DNA of 64,000 nucleotides from Oculina patagonica (Eukaryota): NCBI RefSeq assembly GCF_052425735.1, contig NC_135766.1, positions 25,234,001 to 25,298,000 of the forward strand, read 5' to 3'. Shown piece by piece: positions 9,430 to 22,476 of this stretch (position 1 is its first letter; each line of letters starts with the position of its first letter). The notes under the pieces were generated by a model. It saw only the letters and a program-made list of their open reading frames with translations, ran no database searches and was not told where the DNA came from. The position numbers and the translations under genes were made by a program.

Positions 9430-10050
9430 CGGACTGTCGAGGGGTAAAAACATCCTTTTTGTTGGAGGAGGACAGATCGCATGGAGACCTGACTGAGAGC
9501 GAGGCCAGAGCAGAACTGAGCCCGACTCTACGTACCGGGGGGATATGTCGCTGAACAATAAGACCGAAGGCTCTAGATTTGTCATGCCTGGTTACCAGAG
9601 CCTCTCTGAGCTGTCCAAGATTGCGGACTTCGTATGACTTTCGTGAGAAATGCTTGGGGAAGACATTGGAATGTAGAAATTGCGAAAATGAGGATTGTAG
9701 CGAGAGCTTGCGCAAAATATCAACAGCTTCTCATAACTCACCCCTGGAAAACTCAAACTATAGGAACAGGTAAGAATAAGTGAGGCGAAACGACAAGAAA
9801 TATTGGAGACGAGCTTCTTGCGTTGCATGCAAACAAGTGAACCGCTCGCAGGCACAGTTTGGCTTCAACTAAGTGGAAACTTAGTGAAACGGTAAAAGTA
9901 AAACCAGGTCAGAGGTTTTTATATATAACATTTAAGCTTTTGTAGTTACTTAAAATATGTTTGCCATATACTTACTGCACAAAAAGGTACCGCAAAAGTT
10001 GTACATCAAACAATTTTAAGTAATCAGCTACAGAGAAATAAAACAGTGAT
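9430..10050 (+). pseudogene. Orphan duplicate of the Mpv17 5' region (upstream DNA, exon 1 at 9688-9769, part of intron 1)
   Basis: ATGAGGATTGTAGCGAGAGCTTGCGCAAAATATCAACAG...GGAACAG|GTAAG matches 23573-23654 (W>C change). Homology stops at ~10050; no exon 2 is seen before the gap. Confidence 0.75.
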
Positions 10051-11184
10051 ACTAAGGGCCCACTACAGTCGGGGGAATATGTGCCGGTTTTGGCAAATCT
10101 TCGTTGAAGCACTCGAAGAGATTTCGAATTATTTCATCCAATCAAAAACTAGCGCAAAAGGTTCACGAGTACTCCGAAAGAAATCGCGCGTACAAATTCG
10201 TCATGTTGCTTAGCAACTTCTGGGACGAAAACCGCGGGCTCAGTCACTTCTCGGAGAAGTGATGTCGCTATCAACTGGCACTTGTTCCCCCGACTGATTA
10301 CAGTATCTCGTTGCCAATTAACGTTGCCAAGCTACGTGGTTGCCACGCAAGTGCAATTTTATTTCCGGTTTTCTCGCATTTCGTGATCAGCTTTAGTAAA
10401 TTTTAAAGTTTAGTTCTCTTTCGGTTAGAATCATTTTCCAATCACGGAAATTTGTTCTGCAGTAAAAGCGAACTGGGTGAATGGAAATTAAAAAAACGTT
10501 TGTCGTACTAAATACTTGCAAAACATACACGAAGCCTAAAGCAAGTATCCGAAACCAGTGGCGATGCATTAGAAAACACGCGAATGTGCAGCGATACCGT
10601 CACTTTTCATCGGTTTCCCCTTCAGCTCACTGAAGAAATCTGTGAAAGCCACGGGCAAAAATAAAGGCATTGTCACTAGAACTAAACAAATGCCATAGAA
10701 AAACAGCGATTCATTTCGTCCGCGGAACGAAGATAAGGTAATTTTTACGCAGTTCCCGAATAAATATACAGGAATGAACTCGATTTATCTGCCGTAAATT
10801 GCTGGCAGAAACTGCTAAAATGATTAGTACAGCAGTCCTACCACATGACAAATTCACAAAGGTACAAAACTGCGAAAACTAAACTATATAAAACACCTGT
10901 ATAAAAACATTTCAGCTCACAAACGTTAACTATTTGTTCAACCGAACTACGAATTGTAGCCTTCTTGCTCAAAACATAATAACGCCGTTTACGCTAATCA
11001 CGAGCCGATAATAAAGAAACTCGCACTAAACTCTTTTTAATACTTACGACCGACTCTGTTTACATTTGTCATAGCTTGTACATGTTAGTTAAGCGACAGT
11101 AAACGTCGTTAAAGCTGTACGAATACAAGCAAGGAGTAAAGTTTGCCGTGTCTAAAACAGTAGATCGGGGCCGTGCAGCTGTGA

Positions 11185-11691
11185 NNNNNNNNNNNNNNNN
11201 NNNNNNNNNNNNNNNNNNNNNNNNNNNNNNNNNNNNNNNNNNNNNNNNNNNNNNNNNNNNNNNNNNNNNNNNNNNNNNNNNNNNNNNNNNNNNNNNNNNN
11301 NNNNNNNNNNNNNNNNNNNNNNNNNNNNNNNNNNNNNNNNNNNNNNNNNNNNNNNNNNNNNNNNNNNNNNNNNNNNNNNNNNNNNNNNNNNNNNNNNNNN
11401 NNNNNNNNNNNNNNNNNNNNNNNNNNNNNNNNNNNNNNNNNNNNNNNNNNNNNNNNNNNNNNNNNNNNNNNNNNNNNNNNNNNNNACAACAANNNNNNNN
11501 NNNNNNNNNNNNNNNNNNNNNNNNNNNNNNNNNNNNNNNNNNNNNNNNNNNNNNNNNNNNNNNNNNNNNNNNNNNNNNNNNNNNNNNNNNNNNNNNNNNN
11601 NNNNNNNNNNNNNNNNNNNNNNNNNNNNNNNNNNNNNNNNNNNNNNNNNNNNNNNNNNNNNNNNNNNNNNNNNNNNNNNNNNNNNNNNNNN
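11185..11691. other. Assembly gap (N runs)
   Basis: Two N blocks separated by 7 called bases. Confidence 0.99.
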
Positions 11692-11759
11692 GGATTTACA
11701 GAGTAGCTGGTTAGCTAATATCTCCGAGGAAAAAAAATGTAAAAATAACAGCCTAGAAA

Positions 11760-12245
11760 ATTATAAAAACAAAAAAACACTGAGCGGAAAAATAAAGCAT
11801 TACAATTAAATTAAAGTTACCTAATATAATAATAATATATAATAAATAAGATCAGTTTATATACAAATTACATAAAACTATAGTTTCGGACGAGGCGCTT
11901 AAAATTGTTGAAGGAATTGATTGTTCTGTAAGTATCAGGTAGAGAGTTCCATAGTTTGCAGGCAAGATAACTGAAAGAATTTAAACCAAAGGAAGAAGAA
12001 GACGGCTTAGGGAGGGTTAGAATGTTGCTACCTCTTAAGGAATACGAAACAGAGCGAAAGGAAAACATTTGTTTCAGATATGCAGGATAGTTATCAAGAT
12101 ACAGACATTTAAAAAGAATCAGTACCATGTCTTGCAGGCGTCTATTTCCTAAATTAGTTATTCCCGCTTTTTTGAGCAATTGAGCAATCACTTGAAGCGG
12201 GGACGACAGCCGGGATTTAACATGAAGGACTAATGTTTTTCTCAA
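11760..12245 (-). mobile_element. 5'-truncated LINE 3' end (L2/CR1-like RT C-terminus)
   Basis: YPAYLKQMF...YSLRG...FGLNSFSYLACKLWNSLPD...FNNFKRLV is the typical C-terminal segment of CR1/L2-group ORF2. Confidence 0.75.
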
Positions 12246-12384
12246 ATGAACGTTGTGAGGAGTTTGTTCTAAGATGTCTTAACGCTTCTCCCTTGACAAA
12301 GCCTTGCGTGACGCCTGGCAGATGACACGAATAGAGATTCGTGTATTGAAACAGCTCTGTAGGTTTGTAATGTGCTCACACGTT

Positions 12385-12670
12385 AATTAACAATTATCCT
12401 GCGAAATCGCGCGGAATATCGCCTGATACTTAGCCGACGAGGCCGTAGGCCGAGTTGGCTAAAATCAGACGATATTCCGCAAGATTGAGCAGGATAATTG
12501 TTTTATTATTCAACAAATTGTCAACGAAACACATTTTGCAGGTAGAAAAACTGTATTTATGCAGCGCTTTACAAGATTTCGGATGAATCTTCGCAACCTA
12601 CGTATATCGCAGGATATCTGTTATGTACACCGGGATGACAGATAACGTTAACATTTTGACCATATATGGG
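12385..12670. mobile_element. Hairpin-ended dispersed repeat (possibly Crypton-derived), copy 1
   Basis: Long imperfect palindrome AACAATTATCCTGC...GCAGGATAATTGTT; the reverse-complement copy is at ~22975-23222. The superfamily call is inference. Confidence 0.6.
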
Positions 12671-13404
12671 CAGCACGCGCATTGTGCACTATCGTCTACA
12701 AGAAAGTAGTGTCTGTTTCCGAGATTTCAGCCGTGAATTTTATCGAAGGGTGAAAGCTGTTTGCCTTTAGAAAAAATTCTTCTATTTTGTTTCTTCTTGT
12801 GCATCACATTGAAAAGACGTCGTCGATGGATCGTTTCCAAAGGATAGGTTTTTTGCTACTTTGTAGGAGTATTTCGTTTTCTATTTTGGTGATTTTCGTG
12901 TCCATGGCTGTTCAATGGGTTTAAATATAATCTTTTTCATTGAATATGAACTAGTTTTCTTGAAAGATCAGACTGAGTATATTTCTCTCTTTAAAACCTG
13001 TTAGGTACGGAAGGGTTTCCTTGATGAAATTCTTTGTATGCTTCGCATACAGTGTTAATGAGACAAGGAAGGCTTTTTTAGACTGTTTAGGCAGTGTAAT
13101 CTTCTCATTGAAGTTATTGACGTCGGTCGCACAAGGCTGGTTTCTGTGCTACGCGGCTGAAGTAGATGGTCAACAAAAGCTGAAATACGTCCTGTATATA
13201 GGGCAACAACAACTTTATTACCAAAACAATCACATCCTATATTATGGGTTTTCCGACAGGTGTGTATATAATAGTTTATTTCGGGTTAGAAATTTGGCAA
13301 CTGTGACTCTGACTACGAAAAATGATTTCTTAGTTTTCTCAAAGTACATGTAAAAGGCTTTTGGCGGAAACAGACTACATCAGGTTTCTTTCCCACCTTA
13401 TAGC

Positions 13405-14316
13405 TATTCTTGGTTTTCACATGACGTCATCAAAATTCTAAAATCCAAAATTGAGATATCCCTGACTTTTTATCCTTCACTGGCTATAAGACGTCCTTAA
13501 TATATATCTTATTGAAGGCTTTTTTAACTCGATAGCATCCGCTGTCTTTAAGATATAACATTTTGAATTTCGGAGTTTCGCGCCACACGACATCCGGGGG
13601 CCCACCGCCGACGAAGGCCAGGGGGGGGGGGGGCGGACGCGGTGGTGGGAGGGTGGACCCGCAGCCCCCCGCCCGGGCGGGAGACCGGGCGGACACCAGA
13701 CACCAGACGGGTCGACCAGCCACGACAGGAAGGACACGGACTCCGGCCCCCACACGCGAGGGGGAAGCGAGACACACCCGTCGGCGTCGAGAGCCGCGGG
13801 CGAGGGCCGAGAATGCACAGATTCAGAATTACTTCACCAGAAACTGAACCTGAGATCATGTTTGCCAATTCCTGCGAGAGTAGATTAAGTATTACCGTCT
13901 GTAATGTACTATGATAGTCTGGTCGTGTGGCTCAACAATGACAAAATCATGTGCGTCGCAGATATCGGCTAGACTTTACCCCTTAGAAGACGTACTGGTC
14001 AAGCAAGTGGATACCATGAGGCATGTACATCCGCAGGGTATTTTTTGTCTAAATGTTCTGAGGTCTCGTCATAAACACTGTGGACGGAGAGAAGACTCTA
14101 GAGGTGTTATAAGAAAAGATGATAAGTCGAGAACAATAGGTACGAGGCCCGTAAGAATGTGAGTTCAAGGGTGCTGAAGTATAGGGATTGAGGTGTGTAT
14201 TTTTTGTTTGAATGCTAGTTTAGTTTTATTTTTAAGGGTTAGTTAGCTAAAGTATTTGTAAACACGACCACATCAGCTATGCTGCAAAACATTATCGTGT
14301 ATAAATAAAAGCTTTA

Positions 14317-14360
<44 letters not shown>

Positions 14361-15150
14361 CAAAATGGCCGCCCGAAGGCTGTCACGTATGTTTAAAGAA
14401 AATGCCTAATCCTGTTATTTTTAACAATCTAAACGGTTGAGGTTTAACGAGAAGTGTTTATGTGAATGTTCACGTGCATCTCTGTGCGGACTGAGTCGCG
14501 AATAGTATTCCTGGAATTGAGAGAGGAACGAGAAAGAAAATTTGGAGATGAATGATGAAAAAAATGTAGCGGAACACAAGATGAGAGAACATGAGTGAGT
14601 GAGACCGGTTGAGTGGAAAGGAGAGGGAGAGGAGAGGGACGAGAGGAGGGGAGAGGAACACTGCTCCCATGAATCCGAAGGGACACGACACGGCGGCATG
14701 CCGCTGGGCAGCCATCGTGAAGAGCCCAGGGACGTGGCCCCACACCGGGGGGAGAGGAGCCAGGGCCGATAGGGAACCGGGAGCGGGAGATGCACAAAAT
14801 TCGCCGACCAAGTCCATTTCTAGCGATGTTCATGAAGGTGAACTGACCGCTTTTTATAGCGGAAGTTAATGCCATATGTTTTTATTGATTTCCGACGGCC
14901 ATCTTGGAGCCCTTTACATGGACTCCAGCATGGAGTTTCCATACTGAGCTCTCTAAATTTGTGTAAAATATTTTGACGGATAACTCAAGTACGGAATACC
15001 GTACAGACCTGAGAATTGGATACGTTGACTATATAGTAGTTTTCTACAACCTGTAATATTCTTGAATTTTTTGACTCAACAGTTTTGGATTTATTTTTTA
15101 GCAGCGCGTGACAGTAGCGTTACTTGCGTGACAGTGAAAACCAGCAATAT
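13405..15150. mobile_element. MITE with nested insertions, including an (ATT)n-tailed retroposon-like piece
   Basis: Termini TATTCTTGGTTTTCAC / GTGAAAACCAGCAATA; an internal AATAAA plus (ATT)n at ~14303-14360. Confidence 0.55.
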
Positions 15151-16793
15151 ATGGACAATAAATAATAGAAATAGGATTTTTAACTTCTGGAACGAAATCA
15201 AGATTTTTCCCCGGTTTTTCCTGAATATCGCTCTTGAGTTGTTTCTTTATTTGGTTAGGATGTCCCCGCTATGCGGGGCTTTGAACAGACGTCTTGGCCC
15301 CTAGGGCGGGGTAATGAGCCGGGTTTTAACACTTGCCAAATGTTAAATTCCCCGGTAAGTCCCGGGGGTCGGGTGGCCGGGGTTTCAATTGACTGATGCA
15401 TAAGATACTCTCAAAGCCGGGAGATTTTTCTTATCATCTTGATGGTAGTTTTGGAATAAATAGATAAACAGAAAGGAGTCATCTCTCTTAACCAACAAAA
15501 ACTATTACTTGTAGCCAAGGAAAATTTTTAAAAATGCGTTGAAAAGGCTTTGGGCCCTTGAAGGTTTTCAGACCATCTCGAAATTTTAATTTATCTGCGT
15601 GAGATCGAAAGCTGCAATACTGATGAGAAAAAAAATACAATGTACGTTGAAACGAGTTGATTTTGACAACACTCATAACAAAATGCCGCGGTATTTTGAA
15701 AGAAAAGCTCTTCGCATTATTGACGTTGTCTTGAAACATGTCCGAAAACATCGCTAAAACACCGATGTAGCGTGTAGCGTTGCCTGTCGACAGCTACCGA
15801 CACCACTTCCAAGTCTGAGAGGGTGCTCAAAAATATATTGAAACTTTTAAGTAATTTTCTGAAACAATATGATAGTGTTGGTGTTTAATGTTAAGCCATG
15901 TTTATCGAGAAGTTGCTGTCGGTAGACACTACATCTTCTGCAGATAAAATTGATGTTACAGCATGAAACAGTTTATATTCTGTGGCTCTGTCTAAGCTGC
16001 ATATGACAGTGCTGTAGTTTGATAGCTGTTTCATGTTCTCTGCAGTTACGTGCAAAAACTTGCAGGAAACAAGCAATTGAGATTCATTGATGCATAAAAA
16101 GAGCCAGTACAAAATTGTCATCTGATAATTAACTTAACACAGCCCGCCTGCTACAGATTCAAATCAGTGTAAGTTCTTTTCCTATTTCTGGGCATGGCAG
16201 TAAAATGAGTTGGCTAAGATCACACACTCGAATATTGAGGTCTCGCAAGATCTGTTGGCACGTTATCAAAAATATAACAAATTGAGGCAATAAGAGTCGT
16301 TATGAGCTCTTTCATTCGATAGTATATAGTTGTTCTTCTAAATAGTGTTCGAAGAAAATGTTCCTGTTTGATCACAAGTGACCTTAAAAATTTCATTTAA
16401 GGAAATTCTACTTTTTATGCTTCACTGAACCATGAGCAAATATGATATTTTTGATGTGAAACTATAGCTAGCGAAAATGAAATACAGCCATGATGCAAAC
16501 AATGAAACAGGAGTTGATGGTCGTAGGACGAGTTCAAATTTGATAATAAAATAATTTCAAAATGAACTATTTCACAGGTTTGAAAATGAACGATCTTGTC
16601 TGATTAATTACGCGGAGTCCAATCTTGTTTTTCGGGCCTGCGCTGCTATTGTTCAGCGATGTTTCCTGGCTGGGTTTGTTTGTTTGACATGACAGCGTCA
16701 TGTCACGTATCAAACGAAAACCCACTCAAGGAAGAATGCGGTCGAATATGCAGACTGAACAATACACAAAACACTGGTCATTTTGAACTGCGG

Positions 16794-16803
16794 TATAAAA
16801 GCT
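16794..16803 (+). promoter_or_regulatory. TATA box (TATAAAAGCT) of the type B copy 2 gene
   Basis: The same decamer precedes type A copy 2 (19194-19203) and both mirror genes. Confidence 0.6.
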
Positions 16804-16905
16804 CAGTTAAGCAAAGTTGTATTCTCAGTCGAGGAAAACTTGCAGAGAGGCAATACATCATCGATTTTTTTGTGCTTATTTTTCAAACAAGCAGACAATA
16901 CCACT

Positions 16906-17770
16906 ATGAAGACGTTTAGCTTTCTTGTAACGTTTTCGCTCGCCATTGTGTTGGTGAATGCCTTCAGCACTGAAGAACATGTTAAACGATTTTTTCGACC
17001 CGAGCATAGAGCTCTTCTTCCCGCAATAACCAGCTTGCAGCTCGAAGACGAATCCATCCGAGCGCCGGATCCACAAAATGACGAGTCGACCAAGTGTCTA
17101 GCTCCCTGTGAACCAACATGCAACAAGCTGGAAGTGCCTGATTTTCTAGAGGTAAATATCACTCTTTAGTGTTTGATTTCTACTTTTACAACACAAATAA
17201 AGACCGACATTGCTATACTTTGGATTGGAAGTGAAATGCATGTCGTTGTTTACGCTTTATAAGTTCTAGATCTCAGCTGCGCCACGCCTTTTTACGAACT
17301 ATCAACACACACATAGTCTCTTAGCTACTATTAGAAACTCACTATAGGCATGAAAGTGAAATGATTCATTCCGGCTTCATTCATTTAAAGACATCATCTC
17401 TAATTTTCATTTTTCTCTCTTCTTCATTCAACAGAAAAACGAGAGCTTCCACAAATTTGAAGCGAGGCCTATCAACTGCGTGTTGGCCTCGACGATTGTC
17501 TTCAACAGAGATCCGCTGTACAGATGTCAGTTCCTACAACTCTACCTGTTTGACTGCTGCAGAGCTTGTAATGCTGAGTACAGCAGCTGCATGATCCGAG
17601 TGGGAAGTCTTAACGGAGGCCCAGAATTCTGCTATCGCCAATCGTACAAGTGCATTTGCAAATGCATGGAAAAGCATACTCCACCTGAGATTCCACCGTT
17701 CCCTAGTCCGGGCGGTGGTCCAACTACATCTACTCAACCAACTCCGACGGCTGGCCCGACTGGTCCTTAA
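16906..17770 (+). CDS. Secreted 13-Cys protein, type B copy 2 (193 aa; exons 16906-17151, 17435-17770)
   Basis: Paralog of 6032-6914 with the same intron position; intact frame; different Pro/Thr tail. Confidence 0.88.
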
Positions 17771-19282
17771 AACGAACGATGAAACTTTTCCTGAACATTG
17801 CCGGTACGCTACTGACAAAAGCAGACTGGGAACGACTGCAGTGTTTTTTCCTTGCTTTCGCTCTTTGTTCCCATGAAATATATTGTTTTTTGTATTACTA
17901 ACTGCTGTTTAGTTGTATGGTAACTCGCAAAGTGTTTTACAGCTTGCGTTTTTGTGACATTAATTGTAAAATGATGTGAATTATTCAATAAATGTGTGAA
18001 AATATGTGTGAAAAGATGTTTTCAGTCATTTCTGGTTCTTCTTATGAACGAAAATCTGAAAATATAAAACAAATTAAAATAAGACCCCTCAAACTCCCAT
18101 AAGTATCTTTAAGGTCTATCGCGAAATTGAATGTTTATAACGATTATATTAGAAAAAAAAAATTATTATCACAACATAAATATATCAGCAACACCCATTT
18201 TCCTGAAAATATTCGCCCCTTTCTGATTTATGTATACTCGAGTTGTTGTCAACTATAACAATAATATTAGAAGTCTTAAAGTCTTTATTAAGAAGCTAGT
18301 CACAACAGACGTGTGGCTTTACAATAAAAAAACAATCTAAAATAAGCTAAACTAGTAAATAAAAGCAAATAAAAACAGGCAGTTAACAAGATTATTAGAG
18401 AATTGCACTCTAAAGTATTCAGTTATAAAACTTCGAAAACCACTCTGGACAAATTGTGAATACAATGTATAATTTGCAGTGGAAGCCCATATTTGCTACA
18501 GTTAACGTTGTGTTGAGGTCGTAAAATACCACAAAAATTTTATTATTGTATACCAAATAAACTTTTCCCGATTGCATAATATCAGTGTTACAGTTTACTA
18601 TATTTCTGTCCAAATAAGCTCTAGTTGAGCAGATCTTTGTGGTGCCGATATTATTGACATATTTTAAAAGAATCGATTCCTTTCTTCCCCGAAATAAAAG
18701 ATAAATATTGACAAGCCCTTGAACTAAAATGTTGCCCTTGAGCCAATACTGCACGACGCTATGATGTATCTGTCTGAAAAACGTTATGCCACGGTCCTTA
18801 ACTGATCATACCGCCTATTTTGGGGTCAAATATAACTTTGTACTTGAGATAAAACGGAAAAATACATAGAAAAGTCACGTAAATAGTCAAACAGGAAAAA
18901 CTCTGATGGAGAAAAGTTTTGTATTAACGCTGTGGTATTGTTGTTTAGTAGTCTGAATTTTACAAGGATTGCAAAAGCAAAATTGTAACTTGTTTCTTCT
19001 TCAAAATATAATAAAAAAGCAAACTTTTTTAAACTTATCAAAGCGTTCAATCTTACCCAACATACGTGAGAATATTTTAAGTACAACGACCAAATTGATA
19101 TTAACTAATACATGCATGTATGATTGCCACTCTCAACAACGAATCAAAAACAAGCCACAAACACTTCGCGTATTTTCCTTGCAACTGGCGTGATATAAAA
19201 GCTTTTAACACACCCAATCTCATTCAGTGCAGAAGGGCTTGTCCAAAAATCGTTCCCATTCGGTGCTTCTCTCAGTACCAAC

Positions 19283-20341
19283 ATGAAAGCGTTCTTAGTT
19301 GTTTGCCTTCTCGCTTTGGTCATAATGGCCGCACATGGTTACAGAAGACAAACTCTTGAAGATTTGTACAACGACGAGGCGTTAGAAGCCCTGGAAAGGA
19401 CTCGAGATGAACCATCGCCGGATTTTAAAGAGAGACTCATTGATGCTCCCTGGGTGCAAGAGGACGGCCAGAATGATACTTGTAACTGCCCTGCAGAATG
19501 TGACACACTCCATCGTAGCAGGCTGCCACCTGATGTTCGGGTAAGTCCGATTGCTAAGGGAAATGTCAGTATCAAAATATACCGTATTTTCTCGATTAAA
19601 CGCCGGGCCCCGAATAAACGCCGGGTCTCCAAGTTGTATTTAAAATCAACCCCTTAGACAATTATAAAAGGTTGAATATGTTTAAAAATAATGTCTAATT
19701 ATATAGCGTAAAAATATGAATAAAATCATTTCTTAGAAACATAGGGCTGAAAAAACTCCGAATTCAAATAAACGCCGGCCCTATAGGGCCAAGTTTGAAA
19801 TAAACGCCGGGGGCGTTTAATCGAGAAAATACGGTACAATGCTAAACGCCTTACGGAGAATTTCAAATTAGTAAATTCAACTATAAATAATTCTTATGTT
19901 TTTATACCAAATGAGAGAATACAAGCCGAGACAAGCAAACAACAATTAATATTTTATTTAATCTTCACAAACATTTGAGTAGTAGGAACTTCATGTAGGG
20001 ATCATGGAGTATAGTATGACTTAAACAACGTATCTTCTTTTTTTCTTTTCTGGCAGAAAATTGACAACTATCTCAGCTACGAAAACTTCCCGGTGCTGTG
20101 TCGCGATGCATCAGCCATTATGCTGCCACCTAGAAGTGATAACAAACCACAGAGCAAGTATGTCTGCAAAGAAATGTTCGACTGTTGCCGAAGATGTAAC
20201 CAAGCCTTTTACATTTGCCTAAGAGAGCCTGGGAACACCTATGGGTTCTGTATGCGCGCGGCGTACAAGTGCATGTGTGATTGCATTGACAAGAAATCTT
20301 TCGGGGAACTCCCTTATAAACCCGCAAAACCCTCAAAGTAA
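19283..20341 (+). CDS. Secreted 13-Cys protein, type A copy 2 (180 aa; exons 19283-19540, 20057-20341)
   Basis: Paralog of 3702-4517; GT-AG phase-0 intron; all cysteines retained. Confidence 0.88.
19582..19834. mobile_element. Tc1/mariner(pogo)-type MITE, TA TSD
   Basis: TA|CCGTATTTTCTCGATTAAACGCC ... GGCGTTTAATCGAGAAAATACGG|TA; absent from the mirror intron (~4210). Confidence 0.85.
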
Positions 20342-22476
20342 TCCGTACAACAAGGCGGGACATTATTCATCAGTATAAAGTGATGTAATTGAACTGGTAA
20401 TAACAAGAGCTTTGGTTTTCTTGCTTTCTATGAGAGTTTTTTTTTTCAGTGTTGGTTGTTTTAAGCTATCGACAATTTTTTGTTCTGTCTTAGTGAGTGT
20501 TGTAAGTTTGTTGTAAAAGACAAATAAACTCATTTGAAATGAACTTTAATTATCTATGTGCTTTAATATATTGAAATTTACCGGCTTTCATTTCCTTTCT
20601 GAAACGTCCGCAGCAACTCTCATTGCACAAAACAATTGTCTTATCTGCCTTATTTGTTTGTGTTCATTTATTTCGCCTTTTGCGCCAAACAAATTAACGC
20701 TTTATTTGTTCGGATATGCCCAATGACTGATCACAGTCACAACCTCTCGTCCGTGCTCTCAGTTGTGATAAAAAAAGATTATTTCTTCTTATCTGTATCC
20801 AAACACTGCCAAACAGGCAAATAACAATAATATCAACTTCTCAAAACCAATGTACATATTAAAACAACAATATAGCATGCAATCAAAAAACAAAAAAAAA
20901 TTGCTATTAAGAGCTGTGGAATAACAGGGTCCGAATAAAGCCCTCATTCCCGAAGGTAAAAGCGAGGACTTTGAATTAGCTAAAAACTGGGTGTGCCCTG
21001 AGTCATTTTTTAAGTACAATACAATTGATATTGTCTGGGTTTCTGCGAATCACATATGGGCAGTATTGTGGATAAATGATTCGTACTCTTTCAGACGTAC
21101 TAAAGAAAAGTTTTTACAAATTAAACTGCACTATAAGGTCTACTGCGATACTCATAATTGCTAACTCTTGGTAAATTATATACTTGAAAGGATTATTCTA
21201 GGGAGTAGATAAAATAATCGATGAAATGACTGTCTTGATTAACCGGTGTATGAAATGCCATGGGTTCGATTCCTGTCGAGGACTCAGAATTTTTCTTTGT
21301 CCCAAGCTTGTGTCATTGTTGGAAAATTCATCTTCATTATCTAATTGCTCTTTAAAATATCAATACATTGGCTTAGCTGGCAGGTAATGAGATTAAAGAA
21401 AATCATCAACAAGGAAATATCGTCTTGATGTAACGCCAAATTCTCCGAACTAACATTCAAAGAAATGACTGACAGTTAGTAATGAGAATTTCTATGTAAT
21501 AACGAGCTTGGGTTTTCCGAATAGTTCATTGTTATAGTAGCGTTGATAAGCAAGTCAAGCAGAACCAAGGTGCTAAATACATGTTAAAAAAAGTTAAAAA
21601 AATCTGGATTGCTGGAAACGAACACACATCTAAGCTTACGTTAAAAGCAAAGTATAAAGTCTGTTTAAACTGCTTGGGCGGAAATAACCTTAAAGCTAAG
21701 ATAATAGTTCCATGCTTTGGTTTCAAACAAACAAAATATACTCTTGTGAATCATTTTATCACCGCTCTTATCTGCTGTAGATTAGCTCCTCTAAAGAAAA
21801 ATTAAGTTAAGCCAGGCTAGTCACCGCTAGTTTCTGTAGTTTGCTTTGCTGGGCTTAACCCGAGTTTTGTTATAAATTTCACATTTTATCCATATCACTT
21901 TGTACCGTTACGTTCGTTTAACTTTTTCCAGGAAAAGGAACTTTTTATAAGCAAAACAATGTACAATTCCGTGCAGTAGAAGTCTCGCAAGATCAGTACA
22001 GCTACGCATATTTTTTTAATGCAGAAAAATCCGTTACCTGCCACTGTCATGAATATGGGCATTGTAGTGGTCATTTGTTGCACTTCACTGGGTTTTTGAA
22101 CCCGAAAAACAATAAATTGGGGTCAACTTAGCACGGATTTTTTTTTTGACGCACAGAATTGAAAAATAATCGGCATATTTTGGACGTACAGTGATAACAA
22201 ATTTTATTTTACTGTAGGGTTATTTGTGTCCCCATATTTCTTCATTCCACGTAAAAGCCTGATGTAACAAAGTCTTGCAAGACCTAATTTATCCACAACG
22301 TTTGGAAATAAATAATCAGATTTTTTTGTGACAGACTCAAGAGAGATCATAGTCGCTCAACCGTTTCACACTCGCCATCTTAATTCGGACATCTTTGCAA
22401 CTAACTTTGTCTTAACTACTAAGGCTTGTTCTAAGTTAAAACTCGCAGCTTAAAAGAGAAGCTAAGATATGTGAAA

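Larger units (their letters stand above)
15513..21242. repeat. Right arm of the inverted segmental duplication
   Basis: Mirror of 2816-8544 with scattered substitutions, indels and arm-specific insertions. Confidence 0.92.

Noticed and set aside
11109-11714. ORFs 11109..11492 and 11148..11714
   Set aside because: Artefacts of translating N runs.
13583-14800. GC-rich and purine-rich islands (~13583-13815, ~14500-14800) with several overlapping ORFs, suggestive of foreign DNA
   Set aside because: T-depleted low-complexity sequence interrupting a recognisable MITE near a gap, with no coherent protein; most likely low-quality read consensus.
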